From sequence record OR995200.1: a stretch of DNA of 64,000 nucleotides. One strand, written 5' to 3'. A program made the position numbers and the translations under genes. The stretch comes from Escherichia phage JY01. The stretch's first letter is position 1; the number at the start of each line of letters is the position of its first letter. A model generated the notes under the pieces. It was not told where the DNA came from. It worked only from the letters and a program-made list of their open reading frames with translations, and did not search any database. Positions 10,925-21,851 of this stretch are shown piece after piece.

Positions 10925-12103
10925 TTAAAAGTATTTTTTAAAACTCATCATAACTTTATCATCAACATCATTATCAATCTGTGCAACAAGATAAGATGAC
11001 AGTTCTACTTCTTGTGGCGCGGATTGAACATTATCAGAATTAAGGTATTCACGAATCCAAGGATATGGATGTTTAACCGGAGCATCGGTAATTGGGCATG
11101 GAAGACCACACTGTTTCATACGAGATACAGTTAAATAATCAATAAAGCTCCACATGCTATTTGTATTTAATCCAGGAACATCGCCATCTTTAAATAAATG
11201 AACTGCCCAATCTTTTTCTTGGCGGTTAACTTCCATGAAAATATCAACTGCTTCTTGTTCACACTCTTGAGCAATTTTAACCCATTCATCACCATCAGTG
11301 CCAAGTTGGAGCTGACGAATAATATACTGGGTGCCTTTAAGGTGGAGTTGTTCGTCTCGAGCAATGAATTTCATAATCTTCGCATTACCTTCCATGATTT
11401 CCATATTTTTATGGAAGTTGAAAGTACATGCAAAGGATACATAAAAACGAATAGCTTCCAGGGCATTGATAACATGAAGGCAGAGATAAAGCGACTTCAT
11501 CAATGCATATTTACATTCTTCCACATGCATAAGACTATTTGAATATGCATCTAAATCATATTCATTTTCGGAAAAACATTTAAAAATTTCTTTTGCATTT
11601 TCCCATTCGCGCGTCTTAACCAGAACATCATCATAATAATGACCAATAGATTCAGCACGTTTCATGATAGCTTTATCTAATACAATCTCATCAAATACCT
11701 TTGACGGATCAGTATAAAGATTTCGCATAATATGAGTGTATGAACGACTGTGAATAGTTTCACTAAAAGTCCATGTAGCAACCCATGTATCAAGACTTGG
11801 GTCTGAAATTAACGACATAAGTACAGCAGACGGTGCACGACCCTGAATGCTATCTAGAAGTGATTGATACTTCAGGTTATTAGTAAAAATATCTTGCTGA
11901 TATTGAGGAAGCTTGTTAAATTGCGCAGCATCCATCATTAAGTTTACTTCTTCAGGACGCCAGAAAAATGATAATTGCTTTTCGGTTAAATCTTCAAAAA
12001 CTTTATGGCGTTGAATATCATAACGCGCAATACCAAGACCTGAACCAAAAAACATAGGTTCTTTTAAAACATCAACTGGATTTGTATTAAAAACTGTGCT
12101 CAT
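10925..12103 (-). CDS. nrdB: ribonucleotide reductase small subunit (intronless)
   Basis: 392-aa continuous ORF with no interruption; adjacent to nrdA. Confidence 0.9.
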   Translation of the reverse strand: MSTVFNTNPVDVLKEPMFFGSGLGIARYDIQRHKVFEDLTEKQLSFFWRPEEVNLMMDAAQFNKLPQYQQDIFTNNLKYQSLLDSIQGRAPSAVLMSLISDPSLDTWVATWTFSETIHSRSYTHIMRNLYTDPSKVFDEIVLDKAIMKRAESIGHYYDDVLVKTREWENAKEIFKCFSENEYDLDAYSNSLMHVEECKYALMKSLYLCLHVINALEAIRFYVSFACTFNFHKNMEIMEGNAKIMKFIARDEQLHLKGTQYIIRQLQLGTDGDEWVKIAQECEQEAVDIFMEVNRQEKDWAVHLFKDGDVPGLNTNSMWSFIDYLTVSRMKQCGLPCPITDAPVKHPYPWIREYLNSDNVQSAPQEVELSSYLVAQIDNDVDDKVMMSFKKYF

Positions 12104-12154
12104 AAATTTTCCACTTAGTTAATAGACAGTGACTCGTCCATGAGTCAAATTATA

Positions 12155-14419
12155 TCATAATTTACAGGATGAACAATCTTCAGCTTTTGGAGTTTCTATT
12201 TCATAATCATCAGTACCAGAACCATCACGGGTATTATGATAATAGAAATTTTTTCCGCCAAAATACCAAAAATACAAAAGGTCATCAATCATTATTGACA
12301 TTGGAACCTTTCCTTTTGGAAAAATCTGTGGGTCATAGTATGTATTCGCCGAAGCTGATTGACAAACCCATTTCAGCATAATAGCTACCTGCGTGAGATA
12401 AGGTTTATTACCTTTCTTAGCTAATTTCCATGTATAATCATAGAGGTCTATGTTATGCTCAATATTGGGCACGACTTGATTAAAGGAGCCCTCTTTTGAT
12501 TCTTTAACAGAGACTGGTCCACGTGGAGGCTCGATACCGTTTGTACTGTTAGAAACTTGGGAAGATGACTCACATGGCATAAGTGCTGATAATGTGCTAT
12601 TACGGATGCCAAAGAGCTTAAGGTCTTCCCGCAGCGACGACCAGTCACAAACGTATTTTGGAGCTGCGATTTGGTCAATCTTTTTATTGTACCAGTCGAT
12701 AGGTAATTCGCCTCGAGACCAACGAGTGTCTGAATAATATTCGCAAGGTCCTTTTTCTTTGGCGAGCTTAATGGATGCTTTAATGAGTCCATACTGTAAT
12801 CTCTCAAATAGTTCATGTGTTAAATCGTTAGCATCTTCATAAGAAGCAAAGTTACTTGCCAGCCAAGCTGCATAGTTGGTAACACCTACACCGAGGTTAC
12901 GACGCTTTTTAGCTTTTTCTGCTTCAGGAACTGGATATCCTTGGTAATCCAAAAGATTATCAAGAGCACGAACTTGGACTTCTGCCAATTCATTAATTTT
13001 ATCTTGGTCTTGCCAGTCAAAATTATCCAGTACGAATGCAGAGAGAGTACACAATCCAATTTCAGCATCGGGGCTATTCACATCATTTGTTGGAATAGCA
13101 ATTTCACAGCACAAGTTACTCTGACGAATAGGTGCTTTTTCACGAATAAACGGAGTATAGTTATTCGTATTATCAATGAACTGTACATAAATCCTTGCTG
13201 TTCCTGAACGTTCAGTCATGAGCAATTCAAATAGTTCACGGGCTTTAATACGTTTTTTACGAATATTAGGGTCTTTTTCTGCTGCTTCGTATAATTCACG
13301 GAAACGGTCTTGGTCTTTAAAATAAGAATAATAAAGCTCGCCACCCATTTCATGCGGACTGAACAAAGTAATGTAATCGTTCTTTCCGAATCGTTCCATC
13401 ATCAAATCATTCAGCTGAACACCATAATCCATATGACGAATACGGTTTTCTTCAACACCTTTGTTATTTTTTAGAACGAGAAGATTTTCAACTTCCAAAT
13501 GCCAAATAGGATAATAAGCAGTAGCAGCGCCGCCACGAATTCCACCCTGTGAGCATGATTTAACAGCAGTCTGAAAATGTTTCCAAAAAGGAATAACACC
13601 AGTATGGCGGACTTCACCCATGCCAATCTTAGAACCTTCGGCACGAATCATACCAACGTTAATACCAATTCCAGCGCGTTTAGAGATATATTCAACAATT
13701 GAAGCTGAAGCCTTATTAATAGACTTCAGCGAATCACCTGCCTCAATAACAACACATGAACTAAACTGTCGAGTCGGAGTACGACAACCAGCCATAATAG
13801 GAGTTGGTAATGAAATCTGTCGAGTAGATACTGCTTCATAAAAACGAATAACATGTTTTAATCTATCAACAGGTTCATCTTGATGCAGTGCCATTCCAAT
13901 AGTCATAAATGCAAACTGCGGAGTTTCATAAATTTGACCAGTGGTTTTATCTTTAACTAGATATTTTTCTTTTAATTGCATCGCACCGGAATAAGTAAAT
14001 TCCATATCCCGCTCGTGCTTAATTTTTGATTCTAAAAATGTAATTTCTTCTGCTGAATATTTTGACAATAATTCAGGGTCATATTTACCTTCATTTACAC
14101 AGTAAGAAATATGGTCAATAAATGAACGTGGTTCATACTGCCCATAAACATGCTTACGAAGAGCAAACATTAAACAGCGTGCAGCTACATATTGATAATC
14201 AGGTTCTTCAACCGAAATAGAATTCGCAGCGGCCTTAATGACAATAGTCTGAATATCATCAGTTGTCATTCCATCACGGAGATAAGATTTAATATTTTCA
14301 TATAATTCATAAGGATCTACTGATGTTCCTTCAGCTGCCCAAGATAAAACTTTAATAATTTTTTGTGGGTCAAAGCTCTGAGAAACACCACTACTTTTGA
14401 TAACATTAATTAATTGCAT
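12155..14419 (-). CDS. nrdA: ribonucleotide reductase large subunit
   Basis: 754 aa, same length as T4 NrdA; class I RNR catalytic subunit. Confidence 0.95.
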   Translation of the reverse strand: MQLINVIKSSGVSQSFDPQKIIKVLSWAAEGTSVDPYELYENIKSYLRDGMTTDDIQTIVIKAAANSISVEEPDYQYVAARCLMFALRKHVYGQYEPRSFIDHISYCVNEGKYDPELLSKYSAEEITFLESKIKHERDMEFTYSGAMQLKEKYLVKDKTTGQIYETPQFAFMTIGMALHQDEPVDRLKHVIRFYEAVSTRQISLPTPIMAGCRTPTRQFSSCVVIEAGDSLKSINKASASIVEYISKRAGIGINVGMIRAEGSKIGMGEVRHTGVIPFWKHFQTAVKSCSQGGIRGGAATAYYPIWHLEVENLLVLKNNKGVEENRIRHMDYGVQLNDLMMERFGKNDYITLFSPHEMGGELYYSYFKDQDRFRELYEAAEKDPNIRKKRIKARELFELLMTERSGTARIYVQFIDNTNNYTPFIREKAPIRQSNLCCEIAIPTNDVNSPDAEIGLCTLSAFVLDNFDWQDQDKINELAEVQVRALDNLLDYQGYPVPEAEKAKKRRNLGVGVTNYAAWLASNFASYEDANDLTHELFERLQYGLIKASIKLAKEKGPCEYYSDTRWSRGELPIDWYNKKIDQIAAPKYVCDWSSLREDLKLFGIRNSTLSALMPCESSSQVSNSTNGIEPPRGPVSVKESKEGSFNQVVPNIEHNIDLYDYTWKLAKKGNKPYLTQVAIMLKWVCQSASANTYYDPQIFPKGKVPMSIMIDDLLYFWYFGGKNFYYHNTRDGSGTDDYEIETPKAEDCSSCKL

Positions 14420-14736
14420 AAGTCCTCAACTTGAAAATCGTCTTTAAACAATCGGTTAACTATATGAGCTATTATATCACCATGACACGGCTTTGGTTTA
14501 CATGTGCATCCTAGCCTCATTCCACGTAAAGGCTCTAAATGTGCTTTAGTTATTTCTCCGGATTTAATTCGACGTATAAAATCTTTTTTGAATAATTCAA
14601 TGGCAGCCTCCCGGCTGCCAGCATCTTTACCGACGTAATTTCCCCAAAATGTACCACGGTGAATATTAACATCAAAGTCGGATTTATATTTATTCACTAC
14701 TCGGCATATACGGCCTGCGCGGTTGTAAGTGTTCAT
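14410..14736 (-). CDS. hypothetical Cys/His-motif protein (nrdA.1 position)
   Basis: 108-aa ORF with [13 protein letters not shown] motif; 5' end overlaps the preceding ORF by 47 nt. Confidence 0.5.
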   Translation of the reverse strand: MNTYNRAGRICRVVNKYKSDFDVNIHRGTFWGNYVGKDAGSREAAIELFKKDFIRRIKSGEITKAHLEPLRGMRLGCTCKPKPCHGDIIAHIVNRLFKDDFQVEDLCN

Positions 14737-14965
14737 ATTGTTCTTCCGTTAAAACAGTAATATCGTAGTAACAGTCAGAAGAAGTTTTAACTGTAGAAAT
14801 TTTATTATCAAAATACTCACGAGTCATTTTATGAGTATAATATTTTTTGCCATAAATGATAATAGGCTGATTTGGTCCTGGAACTTCTAACTCGCTTGGA
14901 TTAGGAAGTGTAAAAAGAACTACACCAGAAGTATCTTTAAATCGTAAAATCATATATCCTCGCAA
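14690..14965 (-). CDS. hypothetical protein (nrdA.2 position)
   Basis: 91-aa ORF between td and nrdA. Confidence 0.5.
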   Translation of the reverse strand: MRGYMILRFKDTSGVVLFTLPNPSELEVPGPNQPIIIYGKKYYTHKMTREYFDNKISTVKTSSDCYYDITVLTEEQYEHLQPRRPYMPSSE

Positions 14966-14973
14966 TAATAAAA

Positions 14974-15834
14974 TTACACCGCCATCTTTCCTTTAATAGG
15001 AGGATGTGATTCATAGTTGTTAAGAACAAAATTATGAGGCTTTGCAAATTGACTCAACCAAAATACCTGCGATTCTGTGTCCCATTCATCAAATTCATCT
15101 GGAAATTTTAATTGTAATTCGCATAAATCCATAGGTTCACGACATAAAATTTCTTTACATTGTTCTACGTGATTCATATAGATATGAGTATTACCACCAG
15201 AAAATATCAAATCTCCCGGAATAAGATTACACATCTTAGCTACAATATGAACTAACGTAGCATATGATGCAATATTAAATGGAAGACCGAGGAAAACATC
15301 TACCGAACGTTGATACCATTGAAGGTCAAGGTATCCATTACGCACATTAAACTGATAGAACATATGACAAGGCGGTAATGCCATATATTTAAGTTCAGCT
15401 GGATTCCACGCAGAAACAATTTGACGCCTATCATTTGGCAGTTTTTTAATACGATCAATAACTTCTATAATTTGATCTACACCGCCAAAATCACGCCACT
15501 GTTTTCCATAAATTGGACCAAGTTCACCGCTATGGTATCCTAAATCTTTTGCTTGATTTTCGTAATTTTCATCCCAGACTGTTTTGCCTTGAATTAATGA
15601 ATCATGTTGAATTAATCGCAAATCATTGACATTTGTGCTTCCTGATAAAAACCATATTAGCTCAGCAATGCATGCATTCCAGGCGAGCTTTTTAGTTGTT
15701 ACTGCAGGAAAACCTTTGGTTAAATCCCAACGCAATTTAGTACCGAACAAAGCAATTGTTCCTGTGCCCGTTCGGTCATCGGTTTCATAGCCATTTTCAA
15801 AAATGTCTTTAATTAAATCTTGGTATTGTTTCAT
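14974..15834 (-). CDS. td: thymidylate synthase (intronless)
   Basis: 286-aa continuous ORF, same length as T4 TS; no group I intron or I-TevI ORF interrupts it. Confidence 0.95.
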   Translation of the reverse strand: MKQYQDLIKDIFENGYETDDRTGTGTIALFGTKLRWDLTKGFPAVTTKKLAWNACIAELIWFLSGSTNVNDLRLIQHDSLIQGKTVWDENYENQAKDLGYHSGELGPIYGKQWRDFGGVDQIIEVIDRIKKLPNDRRQIVSAWNPAELKYMALPPCHMFYQFNVRNGYLDLQWYQRSVDVFLGLPFNIASYATLVHIVAKMCNLIPGDLIFSGGNTHIYMNHVEQCKEILCREPMDLCELQLKFPDEFDEWDTESQVFWLSQFAKPHNFVLNNYESHPPIKGKMAV

Positions 15835-15879
15835 TTAGTACCTTATATAAATTATAATACATTTTATGAAGCTAAATAA

Positions 15880-16239
15880 TCAATACGGTTTAGCATCAAA
15901 TTTTCTCTCAATTTCAGGCGTGAAATATAATTCTTTACCGCGTTTGGAAAAGCGACCAATAATATGATAATTATTCTCATCAAACGTGATATTACCAATA
16001 TCCATAGCTTTCAACCAAATATCGATATTTCTATCCAGCTTTATGTCAAAATTCCAATACGGAGAACTATTACCGAAAATACTACAAGCGGATTCAGTGA
16101 AACAACTGCTATAAATCTTGTCTTTAGGAACTACTAATTGATAAACACCTTTAATAAACTGAGGACCTTGCCATTTTGGCTGTTTCGCGTCTTCTTCTAA
16201 TAGAATAGGGTAATAATTAAAATTCATATTTTCCGCCAC
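15880..16239 (-). CDS. hypothetical protein inserted between frd and td
   Basis: 119-aa ORF filling a gap where T4 frd and td abut; no nuclease motif recognised. Confidence 0.5.
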   Translation of the reverse strand: MAENMNFNYYPILLEEDAKQPKWQGPQFIKGVYQLVVPKDKIYSSCFTESACSIFGNSSPYWNFDIKLDRNIDIWLKAMDIGNITFDENNYHIIGRFSKRGKELYFTPEIERKFDAKPY

Positions 16240-16247
16240 GCGTTATT

Positions 16248-17070
<823 letters not shown>

Positions 17071-17086
<16 letters not shown>

Positions 17087-17430
17087 TGAAAGGGGCCAGA
17101 AGCAAATCCGCTATCTTTAATCATTTTAACTAAAGTTACCATTCCTCTGTTAACTGCTTGCGAGATTTCATCAAAAACTTCATCACTATCACCATAAAGA
17201 TCGCTAAAAAGTTCTAACACGTTCTTCTGAACTTTTAATTTACAGCCAACAAATTCGCCTACAGTAAATTCGTTTCCGCCAACTCCAGCGTAAAACGTAA
17301 TTACACCAGTTAATGGTCTTTCACTAGAACATAGGTCGTGTGATAAATTAATATAAGCCGTCCCGGGTGCAGTTTTAAGTTGGCAACGAATACTTACTCG
17401 AGCAATTCCAGCTACACGAATGTCAGACAT
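17071..17430 (-). CDS. hypothetical protein (frd.2 position)
   Basis: 119-aa ORF. Confidence 0.5.
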
Positions 17431-17440
17431 AATATTTTCC

Positions 17441-17683
17441 TCAAATAGACTTTTTCACAATTTTCCAATCAGCTTTAAACTGATCAACGTCAGAATGATA
17501 AATCCAGAATCCTGCGCTTTCTCCATCCTCATAAAGAGGGCATCTATCACATTCATCTTCCCATCCCATATCACGTAAAAGATGTTCAGCTTTTTCAACA
17601 AGTTCAGAATCTTTACCGATGATATTAAAATACCATTTACCTCTAACTTCCGAATCTTTGATGCTCTGACGTTGTAATCTCAT
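17441..17683 (-). CDS. hypothetical protein (frd.3 position)
   Basis: 80-aa ORF downstream of an early promoter module at 17791-17823. Confidence 0.5.
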   Translation of the reverse strand: MRLQRQSIKDSEVRGKWYFNIIGKDSELVEKAEHLLRDMGWEDECDRCPLYEDGESAGFWIYHSDVDQFKADWKIVKKSI

Positions 17684-17790
17684 TTTATTCTCCTTAGCAA
17701 GCTTTAATCAAAAGATATAAACAAACTAACATAACTGCTGCCATAATATAAGGTGCGAACATTTTCTTTTCTCCATTAGTTTTGATAGGG

Positions 17791-17823
17791 TAATAGTATC
17801 ACACTACTACCCTGCTGTAAACT
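17791..17823 (-). promoter_or_regulatory. T4-type early promoter module
   Basis: GTTTAC at 17818-17823 with conserved -10 and leader. Confidence 0.5.
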
Positions 17824-18256
17824 ACTTTTTGAAAGTTTTTCGCAAAAGTTCAATGATTCGATCTACATTGTTTTCGTCAACGATGCAGTGAATTTTTGTT
17901 ACGCCAGAAATCGTGTCTTCGCCTTCATCTTCAGAAATCGGTTCTTTATACTCGCGAAAGCAATAAAATTCGTCTTCGCAAATTTCTGAAAGTCTATCAC
18001 AAAAGTAAAAATGTTTTCCATTGGCGCATTCAATATGTTTTACTGCTTTAAATCCATTATTAAAGAAAACTTCTTTAACTTCAAACCATCCACCATTTTC
18101 TTTGATAATTTTAACTATCGATCCATTAGAACGTGGGCTATGACTAATAAATGCGTCAATGAGACTTGGAACAAGTTCATACTTTTTACCGATATACATT
18201 TTCTTTTCCTCATTTTTAACGGGGTTATTGATAGCCCCTTGATAATTATTGTTCAA
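17822..18256 (-). CDS. hypothetical Cys-rich protein
   Basis: 144-aa ORF; the true start may be the internal MYIGKKYEL. Confidence 0.4.
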   Translation of the reverse strand: MNNNYQGAINNPVKNEEKKMYIGKKYELVPSLIDAFISHSPRSNGSIVKIIKENGGWFEVKEVFFNNGFKAVKHIECANGKHFYFCDRLSEICEDEFYCFREYKEPISEDEGEDTISGVTKIHCIVDENNVDRIIELLRKTFKK

Positions 18257-18473
18257 TCAGTCCCATGTAAAACTCTGCGTCTTCGGCATCCATACCATCA
18301 CAGTATTCATTAGCCATAAAGCGTTCAAGAACTTCTAAAGGACCTTCAACAACAATTTGAATACTCCAAAATTTAGAATCTTGCACACTTGCGATGCTAA
18401 GTTCAGGATAACGATTACGAATAATCTCTTCAATATATTCAAAATCAACGATGTCAATATCAACTTTAGCCAT
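18246..18473 (-). CDS. hypothetical acidic protein
   Basis: 75 aa from MAKVDIDIV; the track ORF (to 18599) includes in-frame translation of the conserved promoter leader. Confidence 0.5.
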   Translation of the reverse strand: MAKVDIDIVDFEYIEEIIRNRYPELSIASVQDSKFWSIQIVVEGPLEVLERFMANEYCDGMDAEDAEFYMGLIEQ

Positions 18474-18512
18474 ATTATTTTCCTCTTTGATCATCAGCAG
18501 TATTGCCGATAG

Positions 18513-18545
18513 TTGTATAGTACCATGGAAGGACAAGGATGTAAA
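18513..18545 (-). promoter_or_regulatory. T4-type early promoter module
   Basis: GTTTAC at 18540-18545, -10 TATAGTACC, conserved leader CAACTATCGGC. Confidence 0.55.
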
Positions 18546-18571
18546 CCGTTTTGTGAAAAAATTTTTTGAAA

Positions 18572-18596
18572 TAAAAAAGGGGACCTCTAGGGTCCC
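18572..18596 (-). terminator. intrinsic terminator after gene 32
   Basis: Hairpin GGGGACCCUAGAGGUCCCC followed by UUUUUU on the minus-strand transcript. Confidence 0.65.
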
Positions 18597-18619
18597 CAAT
18601 TAATTAGTAATATAATCTA

Positions 18620-19528
18620 TTAAAGGTCATTCAAAAGGTCATCCAGGTCCGTGTCATCAGCACTAGATGAACTGCCAGAGCTTGAGCTCATAAAATCATC
18701 TTCAGTTTTTGTATTGAAGTCATCAACATTGAATGCATCCAAATCATCAGCAACTTTATCAGCTTTCTTAGCAGCAGTTGCAGCGGCACCGCCCATCACA
18801 GCAGTTCCCATAACTTGACCGAATTTAGTGCTCAGTTCTTCAAACGATTTGAATTTATCTTTAGAAGTCATTTCAGAAAGGTCAACCATTTGTTCGAACA
18901 GTTCTTTCTGGAAAGATTCATCGTCAATGTTTGGAATCGCAGATTGATTCAGGAATTTAGATTCATCGTAGTTACTAAATCCAGAAACCTGTTTAACTTT
19001 CAGTACAAAGTTAGCACCTTCCCACGGACAAGTTACATCAACTGGAGTTTCACCCATTTCAACATCAACTGCAATCATTGCATTGATTTTATCCCAGATT
19101 TTCTTACCGAAACGATATTTAAATACTTTACCTTCGTTTTCTGGAGCAGCTGGGTCTTTTACAACAAGAATGTTAGCCCAGTAAGAAGTTTTGCGTTTAA
19201 CAAGACTGTACTCTTTATTATCAGTGTTGTACAAATCATTTTTACTGATGTACTGACATACTGGACAAGAATCGTAATCACCGTGGGTAGATGAACACGT
19301 TTCAATATACCATTTGCCATTTTTCTTGAAACCATGATTTACAAGAATTGCGAATGGTGCTTGTTCATCATTTTTAGACGGAAGAAAACGAATTACTGCT
19401 TGACCGTTACCCGCATTGTCGAGTTTCAGTTTCCACTCGCCTTTATCTTCAGAAGAAAAACCACCTTTATTTCCAGCCAGTTTAGCCATTTGCGCGGCGA
19501 GTTCAGCAGTAGATTTACGTTTAAACAT
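18620..19528 (-). CDS. 32: gp32 single-stranded DNA-binding protein
   Basis: 302 aa; sequence as recalled for T4 gp32 including the acidic Ser-rich C-terminal tail. Confidence 0.97.
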   Translation of the reverse strand: MFKRKSTAELAAQMAKLAGNKGGFSSEDKGEWKLKLDNAGNGQAVIRFLPSKNDEQAPFAILVNHGFKKNGKWYIETCSSTHGDYDSCPVCQYISKNDLYNTDNKEYSLVKRKTSYWANILVVKDPAAPENEGKVFKYRFGKKIWDKINAMIAVDVEMGETPVDVTCPWEGANFVLKVKQVSGFSNYDESKFLNQSAIPNIDDESFQKELFEQMVDLSEMTSKDKFKSFEELSTKFGQVMGTAVMGGAAATAAKKADKVADDLDAFNVDDFNTKTEDDFMSSSSGSSSSADDTDLDDLLNDL

Positions 19529-19625
19529 TTTTATTTCCTTTTTAATTTAATTAACAGTTGGTGCTATGACGATGTATGACCTCATAGCTGGTCAGTGAGA
19601 TAATTATAATCTATTTATAATAAGC
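19529..19625 (-). promoter_or_regulatory. gene 32 5' leader (translational operator region) with upstream promoter-like elements
   Basis: AU-rich leader with UUAAAUUAA repeats before the ATG and a structured upstream segment, as known for gp32 autoregulation; MotA-box-like TTGCTTAT and TATAAT on the minus strand. Confidence 0.5.
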
Positions 19626-19627
19626 AA

Positions 19628-20281
19628 TTAATACTTGCAAGATTTCACAGTTTCAATAAAAACTTTTTTAGCTTCCTGTGAATCGATATTTAAAATTTTT
19701 CTATAAGCTTTTAACTTTATAGAATAATTATTCCAGACTAAATTATCAGTCTGTTCATCATGTTTATCAATTATATTTAAAAACGAATCAAGCAAGATAA
19801 ACGTCTCAAACGAAATTATGTTCGATTGCAGAAGTTTAAAAATATAACTTGATTGAACTTTTGGATTATATTCAAAAATTTCTTTAAAAGCAGAAACTTC
19901 AACTTTTTTACTAAAATAATAAATGTTGCGAATATCTTCTTCAAACTTAAATTTAATTTGCTTTAAGCGTCCGATATATTCACGATAAAACACAAGTGCA
20001 TCAGCGTCAGAGATGTCACCAATCCAAGCATCTTGGTTAGCAACCAAATTACTTATAAAGATTAAAGCAAGTTCCTTTAATTTATATTTTTCTGATAACT
20101 TCTGAAAAAAATACTTATCCCTTCGCTTTTGATAAGCGGCATCAGACACCCGCATGCACCAATTATACTTAATAACATCATACTTTCCATTCATATGTTG
20201 TTTTATCATTAAGTATAATTTATAAACTGATTTACCATCAATGTATCTTTCACCACCAGCAGGCATGCGGAGTTTAATCAT
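19628..20281 (-). CDS. 59: gp59 helicase loader
   Basis: 217 aa, same size as T4 gp59; synteny 32-59-33 with no segG between 32 and 59. Confidence 0.85.
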   Translation of the reverse strand: MIKLRMPAGGERYIDGKSVYKLYLMIKQHMNGKYDVIKYNWCMRVSDAAYQKRRDKYFFQKLSEKYKLKELALIFISNLVANQDAWIGDISDADALVFYREYIGRLKQIKFKFEEDIRNIYYFSKKVEVSAFKEIFEYNPKVQSSYIFKLLQSNIISFETFILLDSFLNIIDKHDEQTDNLVWNNYSIKLKAYRKILNIDSQEAKKVFIETVKSCKY

Positions 20282-20616
20282 AGCAGAAAATCTAATGTAT
20301 TAGTTTTTTCACAACGAACAACAGAAGGACGTAAAAGATTTTCGTCAATAGCTTCTGACTGAATTTTTTCAATTATACCCGAAGGAATAAATTTAGCAAA
20401 TTGAGTTTCAGGAATAGAATTTTCTTCTAAGAATGCTGTTGTAGCTTCAAGATAACTCATTCCAAACTCTTCTACCATTTTTTCAATAATAAATCCATTT
20501 TCTTGGCGGTCAAGAAGCTTTGCAATTTCATCCTTTTCTTTCTTAATTGAAAGTTCTTTTTCTGAAAGCCCGGCCTCATCGACCGGGCGAATATCATTTA
20601 GAGAAAACTGTGTCAT
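20278..20616 (-). CDS. 33: gp33 late-transcription co-activator
   Basis: 112 aa from MTQFSLND (track ORF starts 3 codons earlier); acidic; T4 position. Confidence 0.75.
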   Translation of the reverse strand: MTQFSLNDIRPVDEAGLSEKELSIKKEKDEIAKLLDRQENGFIIEKMVEEFGMSYLEATTAFLEENSIPETQFAKFIPSGIIEKIQSEAIDENLLRPSVVRCEKTNTLDFLL

Positions 20617-20863
20617 AAAGTTCAACTACCTCTTCAGTTTCAGCTTCAAACACATCACGATTATCTTTATGATACAAAGCTAATAGACGATTAAACATCT
20701 TGCCATCAACACCAAGTTCATCTTTGGCACGAATTCGAATATCTTTAATCAATTCATTATAACCGGAAATTTTCAGTTTATGATCAGATGCTTCTTTAAT
20801 AAATTTAGCCAAGTCTTCGCCATGGATAGCTTCATCAAATTCAACCATTTCTTTTTTAGCCAT
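20594..20863 (-). CDS. dsbA: DsbA double-stranded DNA-binding protein
   Basis: 89 aa, same size and position as T4 DsbA. Confidence 0.75.
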   Translation of the reverse strand: MAKKEMVEFDEAIHGEDLAKFIKEASDHKLKISGYNELIKDIRIRAKDELGVDGKMFNRLLALYHKDNRDVFEAETEEVVELYDTVFSK

Positions 20864-20871
20864 TATTCACC

Positions 20872-21789
20872 TCAAAATTCATTAATGCTATTAGTTAATT
20901 TAGAAAGACCCGCTTTTACAAAATATGAATAAATTTTGCCACGCGGTGGTAATTTATATGAATTATAGTAATTCACAATGTTTGAAGCAATATTATCAGG
21001 AATATAATCAAAATCAATTAGAACTAAATTTTCTTTATAACGATTATATTCAGATTCTGTGAGAAGCACCTTAGCTTGCTCACGGTCATTAGCAATAGCT
21101 TCAATGATTGAAGTTTTCATTGAAGGAGTTCGTTCACCTTCAACTTTGGTAAACCAAAAGTCAGATCGTACTTTAACTGAAGCAACGTTATCCTTTTTGT
21201 CGCCTTTAAGGATTTTAGTCATACAGTCAATTTCAGCAGAACCGCTTTTAATTTTAACCCATTTCTTGTGCATCGGTGACCATTGCTTAACATTTGGATA
21301 TTTGTGAAGTTGAGTAAAGTCACCATCAGATGAAATGATTAAAATCTTGTGTCCTTCTAAAGAGAACTTTTTAACAAGAACAGCAATGTGGTCATCTGCT
21401 TCATACTTATCGATATCCATAACAATGTATGGCATATAAGCTTTCAATTCATCTATAACTTTATGACTGGATTCAAAATAACCTTCCCAGTCCCAAGTAG
21501 ATTCTTCTCGTGCTTTTCCACGGTTTTTCTTATAATAATACGCGAAATCACGACGCCAATATCCAGATTTCGCATTATCAATACACAGTACAATTTTAGT
21601 GTATCCAAGAGTTTTTGCTTTTTTGACATTAAACTTAATTGAGTTCAATATCAAATGACGAACCATTGATAAATTAATTTTTTCTTTATCTGGAAAGTTT
21701 ACCAAAGCAGTTGAAAGCGCAATTTGACTAAAGTCAATAAAGCAAATTCCTTCTTTGTAATCTTCATCCAGCATCATTTCTAAATCCAT
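20872..21789 (-). CDS. rnh: RNase H (5'-3' exonuclease, FEN family)
   Basis: 305 aa from MDLEMMLDEDYKEG as recalled for T4 RNase H; track ORF has a 5-codon extension. Confidence 0.9.
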   Translation of the reverse strand: MDLEMMLDEDYKEGICFIDFSQIALSTALVNFPDKEKINLSMVRHLILNSIKFNVKKAKTLGYTKIVLCIDNAKSGYWRRDFAYYYKKNRGKAREESTWDWEGYFESSHKVIDELKAYMPYIVMDIDKYEADDHIAVLVKKFSLEGHKILIISSDGDFTQLHKYPNVKQWSPMHKKWVKIKSGSAEIDCMTKILKGDKKDNVASVKVRSDFWFTKVEGERTPSMKTSIIEAIANDREQAKVLLTESEYNRYKENLVLIDFDYIPDNIASNIVNYYNSYKLPPRGKIYSYFVKAGLSKLTNSINEF

Positions 21790-21816
21790 ATGAACCTCGT
21801 TCAATTAGTGAGATTT

Positions 21817-21848
21817 CTATTATATACCATCCAAATCTTAAAGTAAAC
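21817..21848 (-). promoter_or_regulatory. early promoter upstream of rnh
   Basis: GTTTAC at 21843-21848 with a -10 near 21817-21828. Confidence 0.45.
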
Positions 21849-21851
21849 AAG

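Noticed and set aside
18474-18599. N-terminal extensions of track ORFs 18246-18599, 38188-38397, 38544-38900, 48335-48877, 56663-57274 and 9310-10470
   Set aside because: The extended parts translate the conserved promoter/leader module (giving recurrent GTIQLSTTEE-like peptides) or overlap promoter elements; the start was placed at the first ATG after the leader
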